A stretch of DNA of 57,821 nt. Source: a virus. Lineage: Duplodnaviria; Caudoviricetes. Under the pieces are notes generated by a model. It had not been told where the DNA came from. It saw only the letters and a program-made list of their open reading frames with translations, and did no database searches. The stretch spans positions 1 through 57,821 of IMG/VR virus record IMGVR_UViG_3300041402_001073; one strand, written 5' to 3'. Positions 1 through 9,166 of this stretch are shown here, in pieces (positions within the stretch are counted from its first letter, which is position 1; each line of letters begins with the position of its first letter). Made by a program: the position numbers and the translations under genes.

Positions 1-264
1 CCTTCTATATATCTGACTGGGACATTGGGTGTAGAGTGCTCATACTTTATAGAAAGATGATTGCCTTTAATTTCATCACCAGCCCTATGTTTAAAGTCTA
101 CATGTGGCTTATCTGATGGGTTTGGCACCTGAGACAGTTTCTTTTCATGATTAAATGTTGTACTTCCATCTATCGCAACGGTTCTTACTATTTCACCAGA
201 GGCCTCGGCTCCACATCTAAAGACTTCTTCCATCCATTGTATTCTTCTTCCATTGCCATCGATC
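1..264. repeat. Left copy of the terminal overlap (partner 57558..57821)
   Basis: 138-264 is identical to 57695-57821 (127 nt). 1-137 aligns ungapped to 57558-57694 with 15 substitutions. Confidence 0.95.
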
Positions 265-2633
265 TCGAAAACTAAATTGCTTACTATGGTTTCTCCATCA
301 TCAAGATTGCCGGTATTTATTCTTCTAACAAAACCGTCTTGACAACCAGCCAATTGAATAACTGGAATATTTCCACTTGCAGCACCAACTTCACCAACTG
401 CTGAAATATCATATCCCCAGATATCCTCTGTCCAGTTTTCAGTTGCTGGGTCTAAAACAAAAAACTTATTTGGCTTTGTGGCCGTACTACCTGAAACAAG
501 TCCCATCAATATTACATTATTAGCAGAATCATATCCAAGAAAATGTTTATCTTCATATCCAGCGCGTATAGATTCGGGCTTTTTGGGATCAAAGAAATTG
601 GCAATTCCACCCGTTATGTCTTTAGGAAAACTCCCGTCTGTCTTCCAAACTCCTGTTATGGAAATAAAATAAGCTCCAGTCATAATCGGCGTTCTGGTGT
701 TTAAGTCAGACATGGATACACCTTCAAGAACTACAGCACATTTACTATTCATTATCCCCAAAGTTGGAGAAACTAATTGCGAGGCATATCCTGCCGCTGT
801 ATCTCCAGGCTCTAAGATGTTAAAACTGCCACCCTCGGAACCTTTTTCTTCTAACCATACCAGAAGAAAATTATAAAATTTCCTCATACACTTTACTTTA
901 TTGCTTCTATGATCTCCTATCGGGACCACAGCCATATCGTCGCCATTAAGACCTGTCACATTGAAAGCTGCTGCTCCGTAAAGATAATTGTCATTAAAGC
1001 AGTACCATACCCTTCTATCCCATGCCATAATATTTTCTACGGTAGGGTAAATATTATCCATATTGAAATAAGGCATAGTTAAAACTGCCCATGTTAATGA
1101 GGCCGATAAAGCTTTGTCGAAACTCACCCTATACCAATAAGAATGGTATCTGGAGCCATTGAAATTCAGTTTTCTGGGCGTAACACTTCTATTCCACGTT
1201 ACAAATCCAGATGTAGAGCCTCCTGCAGTTCCATCATCGAGACTAGCGCCAACAGTAGCCCATGCCGCACCGGTCCATGTTCCTACCAAGTCAAGCACTG
1301 TAGTGCCTGTCGTATTTGGTGTTTTACCTATATCCAGATAAATTCCAAACAGAGGATCTAGTGAATTAAAGTAAATGTAATCGGCAGTAGCCAATCCCCC
1401 AGCTTTTATTATTTGAGAGCTATATATTGAGTATGCGCTATCTGCATTGGTGTAAATTCTAGCCTCTACAGCTTCCAGCATTACACCATCCCATACGTTC
1501 TGAATATCCTGAAAGCCTCCTGTATATTCGCATGTAAGGGAAGTTAATTGTACTGATGAGTCGAAGGTGTTTGAACCATGGGAATGACTTATTTGATAAA
1601 TAAAACCAGAACGTCCAAAAGCAAAATAAGGGAGTTCATCTGTCGTAGCCGTCCAAGACAGAGATCCATCCTTACCAAATTCAATCGCACCGGCCCCACC
1701 AGAACCATCGCCTTGAGTTCCATCTACAAGGCTAGATACTGCCGTCAGGTCTGAGCCGTTCCAATATTTAACAGCCAGATTACCAACTTCAGTAGAGTTC
1801 CATGCAGAAAAAGCCAGATTGAATTTATTGATAGGAAAGTCGGTGATAACAAAAAGGCAATGATTGTCAGCAAGAGAGTCGAGGCTTCCCAGGTCTGCAT
1901 ATGTCGTTGTAAGCCCATCCGTTACTTCCTGGGTATAATCTGCACCTTCTTCTGGTATGTTTGGAATAACAGCAGTTCCTTTGTATACATTGAAGGCATA
2001 TATTGGATATTCTTCGCCGGTATACACTTGGGCCCTTCCGGCGCCATCAGCATGTAAAAGAAGATCTCTAAAGCTTGAAAATACTCCCGGGCCAGAACCA
2101 CTTCTTGCTGGCAGCACCTGACTGCCAAAAGGTCCGGTTGTCGTATCGGGAGGATTATCTGTAGCTTTTCTCACTTCGCCATTATCATACTTGGCAAAGA
2201 AAGATAATTCATCCCTGCGTCCTTTACTTAATCCAAATATAGATGTTATTTCCCTGAGCCGACAAGTCCATGTAACTCCACCGTCTACTACAGTATCTCC
2301 AACAACTACTGGCCAAGTAGGTTCTCCACTATCAGTAGTTCCATCATCAGTACATTCATACTGAAATCCATTTTCTGTTGTGGGTGCTACAAAGTTTGTT
2401 AAGGAATAAGCGGTAGATGCTTCCCATGCAGCTTCTGAAAGTGAAGAATGCTTGGCCATGCCCCCTCTTTGATCAAATTCTGGCAGTAGAGGCCTGACGT
2501 TTTGGGCTTGAGAAAGGCCTACTGCAACCCTTTCATCAATCACTGCTACTGGCCTAAGATTAGGAAGCGAATGAACCTCGTCTATGCCTCCTTGGAAATC
2601 AAACGCTTTTGATGATGTTAAAGTTTTGCCCAT
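1..2633 (-). CDS. Tail nozzle / tail tubular protein B-like (P22 gp10-type), ~887 aa; runs off position 1 and finishes at 57527 on the circle
   Basis: Absent from the ORF track because it crosses the edge. ATG at 2633 overlaps the upstream TAA (TAATG). Open frame MGKTLTSSKAFDFQGGIDEV...RRIQWMEEVFRCGAE is in frame with ORF 57527..57790. Size, N-terminal F-x-GG motif and position before the ejection genes fit a podovirus nozzle. Confidence 0.7.
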   Translation of the reverse strand, partial: MGKTLTSSKAFDFQGGIDEVHSLPNLRPVAVIDERVAVGLSQAQNVRPLLPEFDQRGGMAKHSSLSEAAWEASTAYSLTNFVAPTTENGFQYECTDDGTTDSGEPTWPVVVGDTVVDGGVTWTCRLREITSIFGLSKGRRDELSFFAKYDNGEVRKATDNPPDTTTGPFGSQVLPARSGSGPGVFSSFRDLLLHADGAGRAQVYTGEEYPIYAFNVYKGTAVIPNIPEEGADYTQEVTDGLTTTYADLGSLDSLADNHCLFVITDFPINKFNLAFSAWNSTEVGNLAVKYWNGSDLTAVSSLVDGTQGDGSGGAGAIEFGKDGSLSWTATTDELPYFAFGRSGFIYQISHSHGSNTFDSSVQLTSLTCEYTGGFQDIQNVWDGVMLEAVEARIYTNADSAYSIYSSQIIKAGGLATADYIYFNSLDPLFGIYLDIGKTPNTTGTTVLDLVGTWTGAAWATVGASLDDGTAGGSTSGFVTWNRSVTPRKLNFNGSRYHSYWYRVSFDKALSASLTWAVLTMPYFNMDNIYPTVENIMAWDRRVWYCFNDNYLYGAAAFNVTGLNGDDMAVVPIGDHRSNKVKCMRKFYNFLLVWLEEKGSEGGSFNILEPGDTAAGYASQLVSPTLGIMNSKCAVVLEGVSMSDLNTRTPIMTGAYFISITGVWKTDGSFPKDITGGIANFFDPKKPESIRAGYEDKHFLGYDSANNVILMGLVSGSTATKPNKFFVLDPATENWTEDIWGYDISAVGEVGAASGNIPVIQLAGCQDGFVRRINTGNLDDGETIVSNLVFEIDGNGRRIQWMEEVFRCGAEASGEIVRTVAIDGSTTFNHEKKLSQVPNPSDKPHVDFKHRAGDEIKGNHLSIKYEHSTPNVPVRYIE

Positions 2634-3091
2634 TATACCGTCCTTGTTTCGACAAACCTTAATAGAGGGGAAGTAACTATTTGACCTGGCGAGACATGAC
2701 TAGCAGGAATTCTTTCCAGCAAATTCACCTCTCCAGCAGAAACGCCTTCCATGGCAAGCTCTGAACAAAACCACTTTTCATCCTTTGGTTCTGCCCTCCT
2801 ACTCATAAATCTCACAATGCTTCCAAAGTCATATTTCTTGCCAACTTGATCTAGCAAAAATGCACTGATTGCGATCTCATCAATTTTAATTGTAATATCA
2901 AAGACATCAACTAAAGTACCTTTGGTATGCACAGTTCGGAAATCTTTATTATGTGCCACACCACCGACATGCCATGCTTCAATTACACTTCCATTATCCA
3001 GCTCTATAGCAATGTGAGAATACTTAGATCTAGTTTGCCATCTGATAACCTTACTTATCCAACTCTTACCTCTATACGCTAATATCTTCAC
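2633..3091 (-). CDS. Permuted papain-like (YiiX/YebB-type NlpC/P60) hydrolase
   Basis: SKVIRWQTRSKYSHIAI (His), GKKYD and WFCSEL (Cys) in the permuted order. Confidence 0.8.
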   Translation of the reverse strand: MKILAYRGKSWISKVIRWQTRSKYSHIAIELDNGSVIEAWHVGGVAHNKDFRTVHTKGTLVDVFDITIKIDEIAISAFLLDQVGKKYDFGSIVRFMSRRAEPKDEKWFCSELAMEGVSAGEVNLLERIPASHVSPGQIVTSPLLRFVETRTV

Positions 3092-3094
3092 ATT

Positions 3095-3457
3095 CTACCC
3101 CTTAGCCTTAATCTTGGCTTCTTTAAGGTCTTCTCGGTAGTCTTCAAGATCCTCTTCCCAGTCCTTGTAAATTTCCTTCTGTCTATCAGTGGCATCCTTA
3201 AGGTCCTTGCCATAGTCATCACGGTATTCCTTCATAAGCCCCTCAACGAGTCTTATATCCTTCCGGATGTCCTTTACCTCATGTTGGGCCAGATGCACCT
3301 GAAACTCTGCATTTTTGGCGAATACGATAGTTGCATACCAGCCTCCACCACTTCCACCACCTATCAGCAGAGCGACAATGCCAGCGACTATAGTTTTCTT
3401 GGCTTTACTAGACAGTCCGTTAAGAATATCCTCTAGCCACTTTAACTTAATCCCCAT
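3095..3457 (-). CDS. Membrane-anchored coiled-coil protein of the lysis cluster (holin/spanin-like candidate)
   Basis: One TM segment followed by a charged helical tail; adjacent to the endolysin. Confidence 0.4.
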   Translation of the reverse strand: MGIKLKWLEDILNGLSSKAKKTIVAGIVALLIGGGSGGGWYATIVFAKNAEFQVHLAQHEVKDIRKDIRLVEGLMKEYRDDYGKDLKDATDRQKEIYKDWEEDLEDYREDLKEAKIKAKG

Positions 3458-3937
3458 TTAGCCCTCCTTTACATCGCTTGAGAATAATTCCCATGGAAAG
3501 CCATCGCCAGGGTCAACTTTATTGTCAGGATCTATAGTGCTATGCTGTACGATTTCACTTACAGGATAATGGCCAAGGATACTCCTTACAAAGTCAACGC
3601 CGGCTTTATACTGAATCTCTCTCACCCAGTCGGTTTGTATTGTCTTTCTAAACGTCTCCCATGTATGAGCACCGGGCACCATAAATTCGACACCAATGGA
3701 TTTAAAGTTAAAACCCTGAGCCCTTGCATGCCATGCTATCTGATCGTTGCTTCTTGCCACTATTACCTCGCCGGAAGGGGAGATGAAGGCATGGGCAGAT
3801 TCACCCCTAGAACGTAAAAAACGAGGAGCATAAATGTCTTCGTCTTTAAGTCTAAGGTATTCACCTATGGCATGTATTACGATTGCTGTAGGCTTAAGTC
3901 CTTCCTTGCCATGTACTGAGGGCATATTAATTATCAC
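3458..3937 (-). CDS. Endolysin, N-acetylmuramoyl-L-alanine amidase (Amidase_2)
   Basis: IVIH, SAHAFI, AWHA, SIGVEF, QHS and K-x-DPG motifs. Confidence 0.9.
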   Translation of the reverse strand: MIINMPSVHGKEGLKPTAIVIHAIGEYLRLKDEDIYAPRFLRSRGESAHAFISPSGEVIVARSNDQIAWHARAQGFNFKSIGVEFMVPGAHTWETFRKTIQTDWVREIQYKAGVDFVRSILGHYPVSEIVQHSTIDPDNKVDPGDGFPWELFSSDVKEG

Positions 3938-3938
3938 A

Positions 3939-4184
3939 TCAATCTCCCAATGGCGCCTTCAATTTCATATAAGCAGCCATTCCAAGCCAAAATATCCCTA
4001 TTAAACCAGCAACGACACCTGTAATGAAAGAAACAATAACGCTTTTTCTGACCAAACCGAATGTTCTAATCCAACCTTCCATTTCTTTGTGATGAAGAAA
4101 ATGAGTCTCAGGATCTACCCAGAACTTCTTTCTGGCATCATTGATAACTTCTTCCAGTATTGATCTGATTTTAGCTTCTTCCAC
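3939..4184 (-). CDS. Putative holin (single C-terminal TM)
   Basis: 81 aa with a hydrophobic C-terminal helix, immediately upstream of the amidase. Confidence 0.5.
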   Translation of the reverse strand: MEEAKIRSILEEVINDARKKFWVDPETHFLHHKEMEGWIRTFGLVRKSVIVSFITGVVAGLIGIFWLGMAAYMKLKAPLGD

Positions 4185-4195
4185 CTTAACTCCTA

Positions 4196-5632
4196 TTAGT
4201 CAGTTAATGAGATATAGTCCCAACCCCTTGAAGCGCCATTACAAATATACAAACGGTTATTGTCTGTATCTATATACTGCCTACCCCACTCTGAGTCAGC
4301 ATTGCAATCTGCCGCAAGAGGAACTGCTCCTGAATGATTCCCAAATTGAGCAAACATTCCATCAGGCACTACAACTTCATTAGGGTCTACAAAGAGATAG
4401 CTTGTAGTATTATTAAAGTTGTTTATTTTAAATACATCACCAACAGGAGTATCGGAGTCACTTATAGTAAAACCATTCTGCGCTGCATTTAATACTATCT
4501 CAGGACTACCAGGAGAGCTGTTGTTGTAGGCTCCTTGAAGAGTAATCGCAGCCGTAGTGATTGAACCTCCAGCAAAACCAATTCTAGGTCTAGCATCAAT
4601 TATGCTGACAATGTTAGAGTCGTTCTTCTTTACAAGGATTTGGGCTACAGGAACTAGCCCTGAAGTATGTTGGTCTGTAAACGGCCCGAAGTCTATGCCT
4701 GAGTCAATGGCATCTTGAAGGTCTGAGTGTTGAGATTGACAGTGTATTAAGAAAAATCTTACATTACTAAACTCAGCATCCTGTGTACCTCTTGGTGTCA
4801 TCAAAAGAGTGTTGCTGCAATGATAATTATTGTTCTGCATCGCAGTCAAGTCTGTTCCATTGTCATAATTCGTATCATCTAAAAGCAATGTCTCCTCAAC
4901 TATTGTCCACGCACCGCTATCGTGGTAAACATGGAGGCCTGACAGATTAGCAAATGAATCCCAAGTTTGATTCATCCTGTCTGAATCGTATAGCCCTCCA
5001 GCACTAAAATCTAATTGAAGGGCTGTTGAGCTTTCGGTTGTTAATCCTCCTGTTACAAACAAAGCCCCTATAGCTTCTGATAAATATTTCTCATTACGGT
5101 ATCCATCTTCCGCTATCAGGTATCTGTGGTCAAACACACCAAGGTCGGAAATGTCTGACCCTGAACCTGTCTGCCCTACTTTGGCTTGTATTCTGGCAAT
5201 AGGCATAATTGTTCTTTTCTGAGCATTACTAAACTTCCCCTGCTGTTTTACTATGCCAGAGGTTCCTACTCCAATCCATTGCTCACCTTCCCCAACTCCA
5301 AATCCAGGGTCAACTAAGGTGGTAGCCTCAAGTTCATAATGCGCGCCTTGAATATGCACTTCACATTCGGCTATGTCTATCTTGGTAATATCTCCTGAGT
5401 TACGAGTTACTTTACAAGAGGCATCTGATCCTGCTTCATGGGATTCAACGCCAGTGCTAAGTGTTGAGCTTATGACTGCATCATCCCAATTAGTAATAGA
5501 ATCATATCCTATGGTGTTCGCAGTTAAGTCACCATGAAATATACTTCCACTAGGATTATCTGTTCTTTGTGGCCCATCAGCCCAAGCATACCCACCGATG
5601 GACATAAATAGTAAGAATATTAATACGCGCAT
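4196..5632 (-). CDS. Fibre/spike-like virion protein with N-terminal Sec-type signal peptide
   Basis: G/S/T/D-rich beta-type sequence with a TLQGAYNNS fibre-type motif; starts MRVLIFLLFMSIGGYAWA|D; six Cys in the mature part. Confidence 0.55.
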   Translation of the reverse strand: MRVLIFLLFMSIGGYAWADGPQRTDNPSGSIFHGDLTANTIGYDSITNWDDAVISSTLSTGVESHEAGSDASCKVTRNSGDITKIDIAECEVHIQGAHYELEATTLVDPGFGVGEGEQWIGVGTSGIVKQQGKFSNAQKRTIMPIARIQAKVGQTGSGSDISDLGVFDHRYLIAEDGYRNEKYLSEAIGALFVTGGLTTESSTALQLDFSAGGLYDSDRMNQTWDSFANLSGLHVYHDSGAWTIVEETLLLDDTNYDNGTDLTAMQNNNYHCSNTLLMTPRGTQDAEFSNVRFFLIHCQSQHSDLQDAIDSGIDFGPFTDQHTSGLVPVAQILVKKNDSNIVSIIDARPRIGFAGGSITTAAITLQGAYNNSSPGSPEIVLNAAQNGFTISDSDTPVGDVFKINNFNNTTSYLFVDPNEVVVPDGMFAQFGNHSGAVPLAADCNADSEWGRQYIDTDNNRLYICNGASRGWDYISLTD

Positions 5633-5641
5633 AGTATCTCC

Positions 5642-5995
5642 TTACTGATTAAGTATTGCGTCCACTGCTGCTCTATCATCTTCACTGTCCAATGCCTCAT
5701 ATTTCAAATCATTGGCAATTGCTCTATCTTTCCTGGCTTGGCTTAGGTTTTGAAATTGATGCTTAGACCCAGAATAGGTCCTCTTAAGGACATCAAACAT
5801 ATGGGACAAAGCTACTTCCATGTGATATTCTATTGTCTTCCCTGACCTGCTTTCAATATTTGCGACAACGGCACTGGCCGGGGCCGGAGCGTCCCATGTT
5901 ATATCTACTGTCTTGAATGTAAAAGACCCTGAATCTGCATTTGCTATTGTAGCGGTAAAAAGCACACACAATATCACTATTAGTAGTTTTTTCAT
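5642..5995 (-). CDS. Hypothetical protein of the fibre cluster with Sec-type signal peptide
   Basis: MKKLLIVILCVLFTATIANA|D; GGAG RBS upstream. Confidence 0.6.
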   Translation of the reverse strand: MKKLLIVILCVLFTATIANADSGSFTFKTVDITWDAPAPASAVVANIESRSGKTIEYHMEVALSHMFDVLKRTYSGSKHQFQNLSQARKDRAIANDLKYEALDSEDDRAAVDAILNQ

Positions 5996-6016
5996 CTCAT
6001 TATTCTCCTTAATTAA

Positions 6017-6823
6017 TTATTCCCATACCTGCCAATTAGCTCCGTCAGAACATACCTCTACGTTTTCCCCTGAAGTATTCAAGGCACTATAGTTGAGAAA
6101 AGAATTTACTCCATCAGGGCTTAAAGTTTCAGACCCCGCACCCTCTAAAAAACATCTATTCCCAGACGCATTAGTTATCCTGACTGGGTAACATTTACCC
6201 TCTATACCAACTGCCGTAGGTAAATTCAAAGTCACATCATTATCATTTGTTAAGCAATCTATTCTATGGTAAGTAGCGGCCACTGCTACAGTCGCAGATG
6301 ATACATTAATAAAAGGAGTAATTATTGAACCATTAAAAATAGTCCCGGTTGTTGTTATTCTTTGTCCTTCCACAGCACCAGCAATCAAGGAAAGTGCGTC
6401 TTCTGCGGCACGACCTACTCCAGTATCCTCATCGGTATAGCCAAAAACAAAAGGCGTAGTAGACGTAGACCCGCTATAACTTAATCCCCCACCAAAATTT
6501 ACTACTGAAGCAAGTCGAGTCTTAGTAATTTGCCACCTAACAACTCCCTGATTAGTCACTCCAATAGCATTATTACTTATTGCATAAAGCCCTGTATCCC
6601 AATCGCCTCCAATACCTACACTAGGGTCTGCTGCTGTACCGTCACCAACCTCTATACTGTCAGCAGAGATATCACTGAAATTGGCATCACCAGAGTATTC
6701 GCTAAAAACATTCTCGGAAGTTAATACGCCAGTAACTTTTGAAACAGTTGAAACCTCAGCCTGGATGTTGCTGGATGATAGAAGTCCGACAAATACCAGC
6801 CCTAGGATTAGTATCTTTTTCAT
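6017..6823 (-). CDS. Tail/head fibre-like protein with Sec-type signal peptide (start reassigned to 6823)
   Basis: Two fibre repeats (GDGTAADPSVGIGGDWDTGLY; GSTSTTPFVFGYTDEDTGVG) and a C-terminal VTLNLPTAVG...SDGANW domain. ATG 6823 follows the upstream TGA by 1 nt; MKKILILGLVFVGLLSSSNIQA|E. Confidence 0.7.
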   Translation of the reverse strand: MKKILILGLVFVGLLSSSNIQAEVSTVSKVTGVLTSENVFSEYSGDANFSDISADSIEVGDGTAADPSVGIGGDWDTGLYAISNNAIGVTNQGVVRWQITKTRLASVVNFGGGLSYSGSTSTTPFVFGYTDEDTGVGRAAEDALSLIAGAVEGQRITTTGTIFNGSIITPFINVSSATVAVAATYHRIDCLTNDNDVTLNLPTAVGIEGKCYPVRITNASGNRCFLEGAGSETLSPDGVNSFLNYSALNTSGENVEVCSDGANWQVWE

Positions 6824-6824
6824 A

Positions 6825-7235
6825 TCAAACCCCCATAGTGACGGTAACTGCTGCATCGGTCCCACTTATTGCGCTCACATTGGCCTTTGCGTAGGCCCAC
6901 TTTGCATTCATAGCAAATCCATCTACATCACTTGTAGTTCCTGAAAGAGTTATAGTGCCTGCAGTTATCCAATCATCATCATCCCCGGTATTTGACACAT
7001 AGATGATTACCGTAGCTGTTACGGCGCCAGTGCCTACGACCTTGGCATCAAAAGTCCGAGCCCATGGAGATACAGCAAAAATATCGCTGTCTCCGGTAGA
7101 TGTCTTGCCGTTTAGCATGCGCGCGATATAATTATCTCTGTCTACGATAGGTCCATTGTCAACCTGTTTAATTGAAGCATAGGCGACTGTAGATACAAAT
7201 ACTGCCAGCAACAGTCCAATGAATATACTTTTCAT
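6825..7235 (-). CDS. Small beta-sandwich virion (collar/fibre-associated) protein with Sec-type signal peptide
   Basis: GTGAVTATVIIYVSN..W...GTITLSGT..W.Y.KANVSAISGT pattern resembling small phage structural proteins; MKSIFIGLLLAVFVSTVAYA|S. Confidence 0.6.
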   Translation of the reverse strand: MKSIFIGLLLAVFVSTVAYASIKQVDNGPIVDRDNYIARMLNGKTSTGDSDIFAVSPWARTFDAKVVGTGAVTATVIIYVSNTGDDDDWITAGTITLSGTTSDVDGFAMNAKWAYAKANVSAISGTDAAVTVTMGV

Positions 7236-7495
7236 TTGTCCTCCTTGACGGCTTCTTTAAAGGCATCCTCAAACTCGTCCTCCGCCATGCCGCCTTTTTT
7301 CATCTTAGGAAGGATTTTTGCAAGCGTTTCGGTTACTTCATCGAGATCCTTGGCAAGCAATGTTTTATCTTCCCTGGAAGGGCCACAACAAACTTCATCC
7401 TTATCGTCCTTCTTTTTCTTTATCTTTACCCTTACATGGATGATATAACCTCCATCATCAGTCTTTGCGATAGAAACCATTTCCTCTGTATACAT
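7232..7495 (-). CDS. Hypothetical protein
   Basis: GGAGG RBS; ATGA coupling to the next gene. Confidence 0.6.
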   Translation of the reverse strand: MYTEEMVSIAKTDDGGYIIHVRVKIKKKKDDKDEVCCGPSREDKTLLAKDLDEVTETLAKILPKMKKGGMAEDEFEDAFKEAVKEDK

Positions 7496-7507
7496 ATCTT
7501 CCTCCTT

Positions 7508-8641
7508 TTATGAGAATCCGAATTCTTTATCTCTTACTCTTCTATTTTTTGGATTTCTTCTACTAGTGCCTTCTTTTATGGCCGAAGGTGGTGGCCCAAA
7601 TCTCTGAGAAAATAATGCTTCGTGAGTGAGCGACTTTCTTATATGCTCTGTATCTTTATCGTGATTGCCCAATGCCCGGTAAGTAATCCAGTCTATGAGT
7701 CCAAAATGATACTCTTCTGCCACTTCCGGTGATTCTGAAGAAGTAGATGTTATGTCGCCCGTAGCTGGCGTTGCAGGTGTTCCTGAAACAGGAAATGAAT
7801 AATTGTCATCATCTATCCGGGTTACAACTGCCGTAGTATTGTATTCAGCTTGATTGGCTCCTTCATGTGTAACGGTGTCATCTGTGGAATATCCGTGGTC
7901 CGGAAGATTAACAGTGGCTACTGCACCAGATCTAGTGATACCAGTTACAACTTTAGACCCAATGACCATATCGGCCAGAGGAAGCCTTTGTACCTCAAGG
8001 GTGAGGGTATCAACCAGAGTAGCGGTGATTGTCCCTGTAGCGGGTGTATCTGGCGTTCCTGATACGGTATATGAATAAGAATCGTCGTCTATCTTAGTGA
8101 TAACTGCTGTTACATTGTATTCAGCCTGGTCAGCATCGGCATGTGTAACGGTTGCACCGTCATCAAACCCATGGGATACAAGCCCGACTGTAGCAACGCT
8201 TCCTACGCGAGTAATGCTTGAAACAGCTTGGGACTCATTTGCTATTGGCTGAGGAACAAGGGTTATCTCGCCCTTCTCTTCCAAAAAGTATACCGGTGTG
8301 CCTGTGCTTAATCTCCAGTCCGGGTAAAATTCATTCAACCAGCCTTCTGTCTTCTTCTCAAGCTCGATTGAATTCCAAGAAGGAACACACTTTCTTATCC
8401 TAATTATTTTTTGGGAAATGGCATAAGAGGATGTTTCTGCCACTAAATTAAGTAAGCACAATGGAACGGAGGAGAGATCGCTTGCCGTAGTCTTATCTAC
8501 GAGGAGACTTGATCTACGGCAAGCCTCTTGCTCCGAATCATTTAAAAACCTTTCGAGGAGATAATTAGACCATGTATAGGGGACAGAGTTATCGAATAGA
8601 TATCCCTGTCTAGTCAGCTGTATTATCTCCGCGCCGGTCAT
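7508..8641 (-). CDS. Head-tail adaptor (tail tubular protein A-like) with two inserted ~70-aa beta-domain repeats
   Basis: N-terminal WS..LL.RFLNDSEQEACRR and C-terminal PEVAEEYHFGLIDW.TYRAL typical of adaptors; internal ITR.G.VATV...HG repeats. Confidence 0.7.
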   Translation of the reverse strand: MTGAEIIQLTRQGYLFDNSVPYTWSNYLLERFLNDSEQEACRRSSLLVDKTTASDLSSVPLCLLNLVAETSSYAISQKIIRIRKCVPSWNSIELEKKTEGWLNEFYPDWRLSTGTPVYFLEEKGEITLVPQPIANESQAVSSITRVGSVATVGLVSHGFDDGATVTHADADQAEYNVTAVITKIDDDSYSYTVSGTPDTPATGTITATLVDTLTLEVQRLPLADMVIGSKVVTGITRSGAVATVNLPDHGYSTDDTVTHEGANQAEYNTTAVVTRIDDDNYSFPVSGTPATPATGDITSTSSESPEVAEEYHFGLIDWITYRALGNHDKDTEHIRKSLTHEALFSQRFGPPPSAIKEGTSRRNPKNRRVRDKEFGFS

Positions 8642-9115
8642 TTACTTTACTTCTCCATATACTGTCATGGCAAACCTGGATATATCTTTCCATACTTCGT
8701 TGCCTTCGTCATCATACGAAAGCTTTCCGGTAACAGATTCCCTTAGGTTATTTACAACTCCTACTGGAACTCTTACTTTTTGACCTCGTTGTATTAAAAA
8801 CGGTGTGCCGTCAGAAGGATCAGTAACAAAAACATCCCCGCCATCAGGTCCGTCATTCTCGGCAATCATGATTTCAAACATGCGCTTCTTGGGCTTATTG
8901 GGTCCCTTGCCTGCAGGGATAACCTTGTCTTTCTTGGCTGGAACCTCATCCTCTGCCGGCTCCTCTTCAATAACTTCCTCTTCGGCCACCTCAGGAGTTT
9001 CTTCCTCGGATACTTCTACTTCTACTACAACTTCCTCGCTCCCAGTAGCCCCTTCTGTAGGCTTCTCAGTCTTTCCGGCCTCGGGCGGTTTAGGCCCTGT
9101 TCCTTTTCTTGCCAT
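8642..9115 (-). CDS. Phage head-module protein with acidic N-terminus
   Basis: DVFV...FLIQRGQKVRVP.GVV..L motif of proteins found after N4-type capsid genes. Confidence 0.55.
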   Translation of the reverse strand: MARKGTGPKPPEAGKTEKPTEGATGSEEVVVEVEVSEEETPEVAEEEVIEEEPAEDEVPAKKDKVIPAGKGPNKPKKRMFEIMIAENDGPDGGDVFVTDPSDGTPFLIQRGQKVRVPVGVVNNLRESVTGKLSYDDEGNEVWKDISRFAMTVYGEVK

Positions 9116-9137
9116 GATATTTCTCCTTGTTTTAATG

Positions 9138-9163
9138 AAAGGGCCCCGAGATTGGGGCCCTTT
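9138..9163 (-). terminator. Intrinsic terminator-like hairpin
   Basis: AAAGGGCCCC-6 nt-GGGGCCCTTT just after the 9167 stop. Confidence 0.65.
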
Positions 9164-9166
9164 AGG

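Noticed and set aside
1-137. Diversity-generating retroelement TR/VR pair (1-137 versus 57558-57694)
   Set aside because: Substitutions are not adenine-specific, several are synonymous, and no reverse transcriptase is encoded; an assembly overlap with a strain variant explains it.
478-2128. Short ORFs listed within 1-2633 and other antisense ORFs across the window
   Set aside because: They are shadows of long, well-supported genes on the opposite strand or in another frame.
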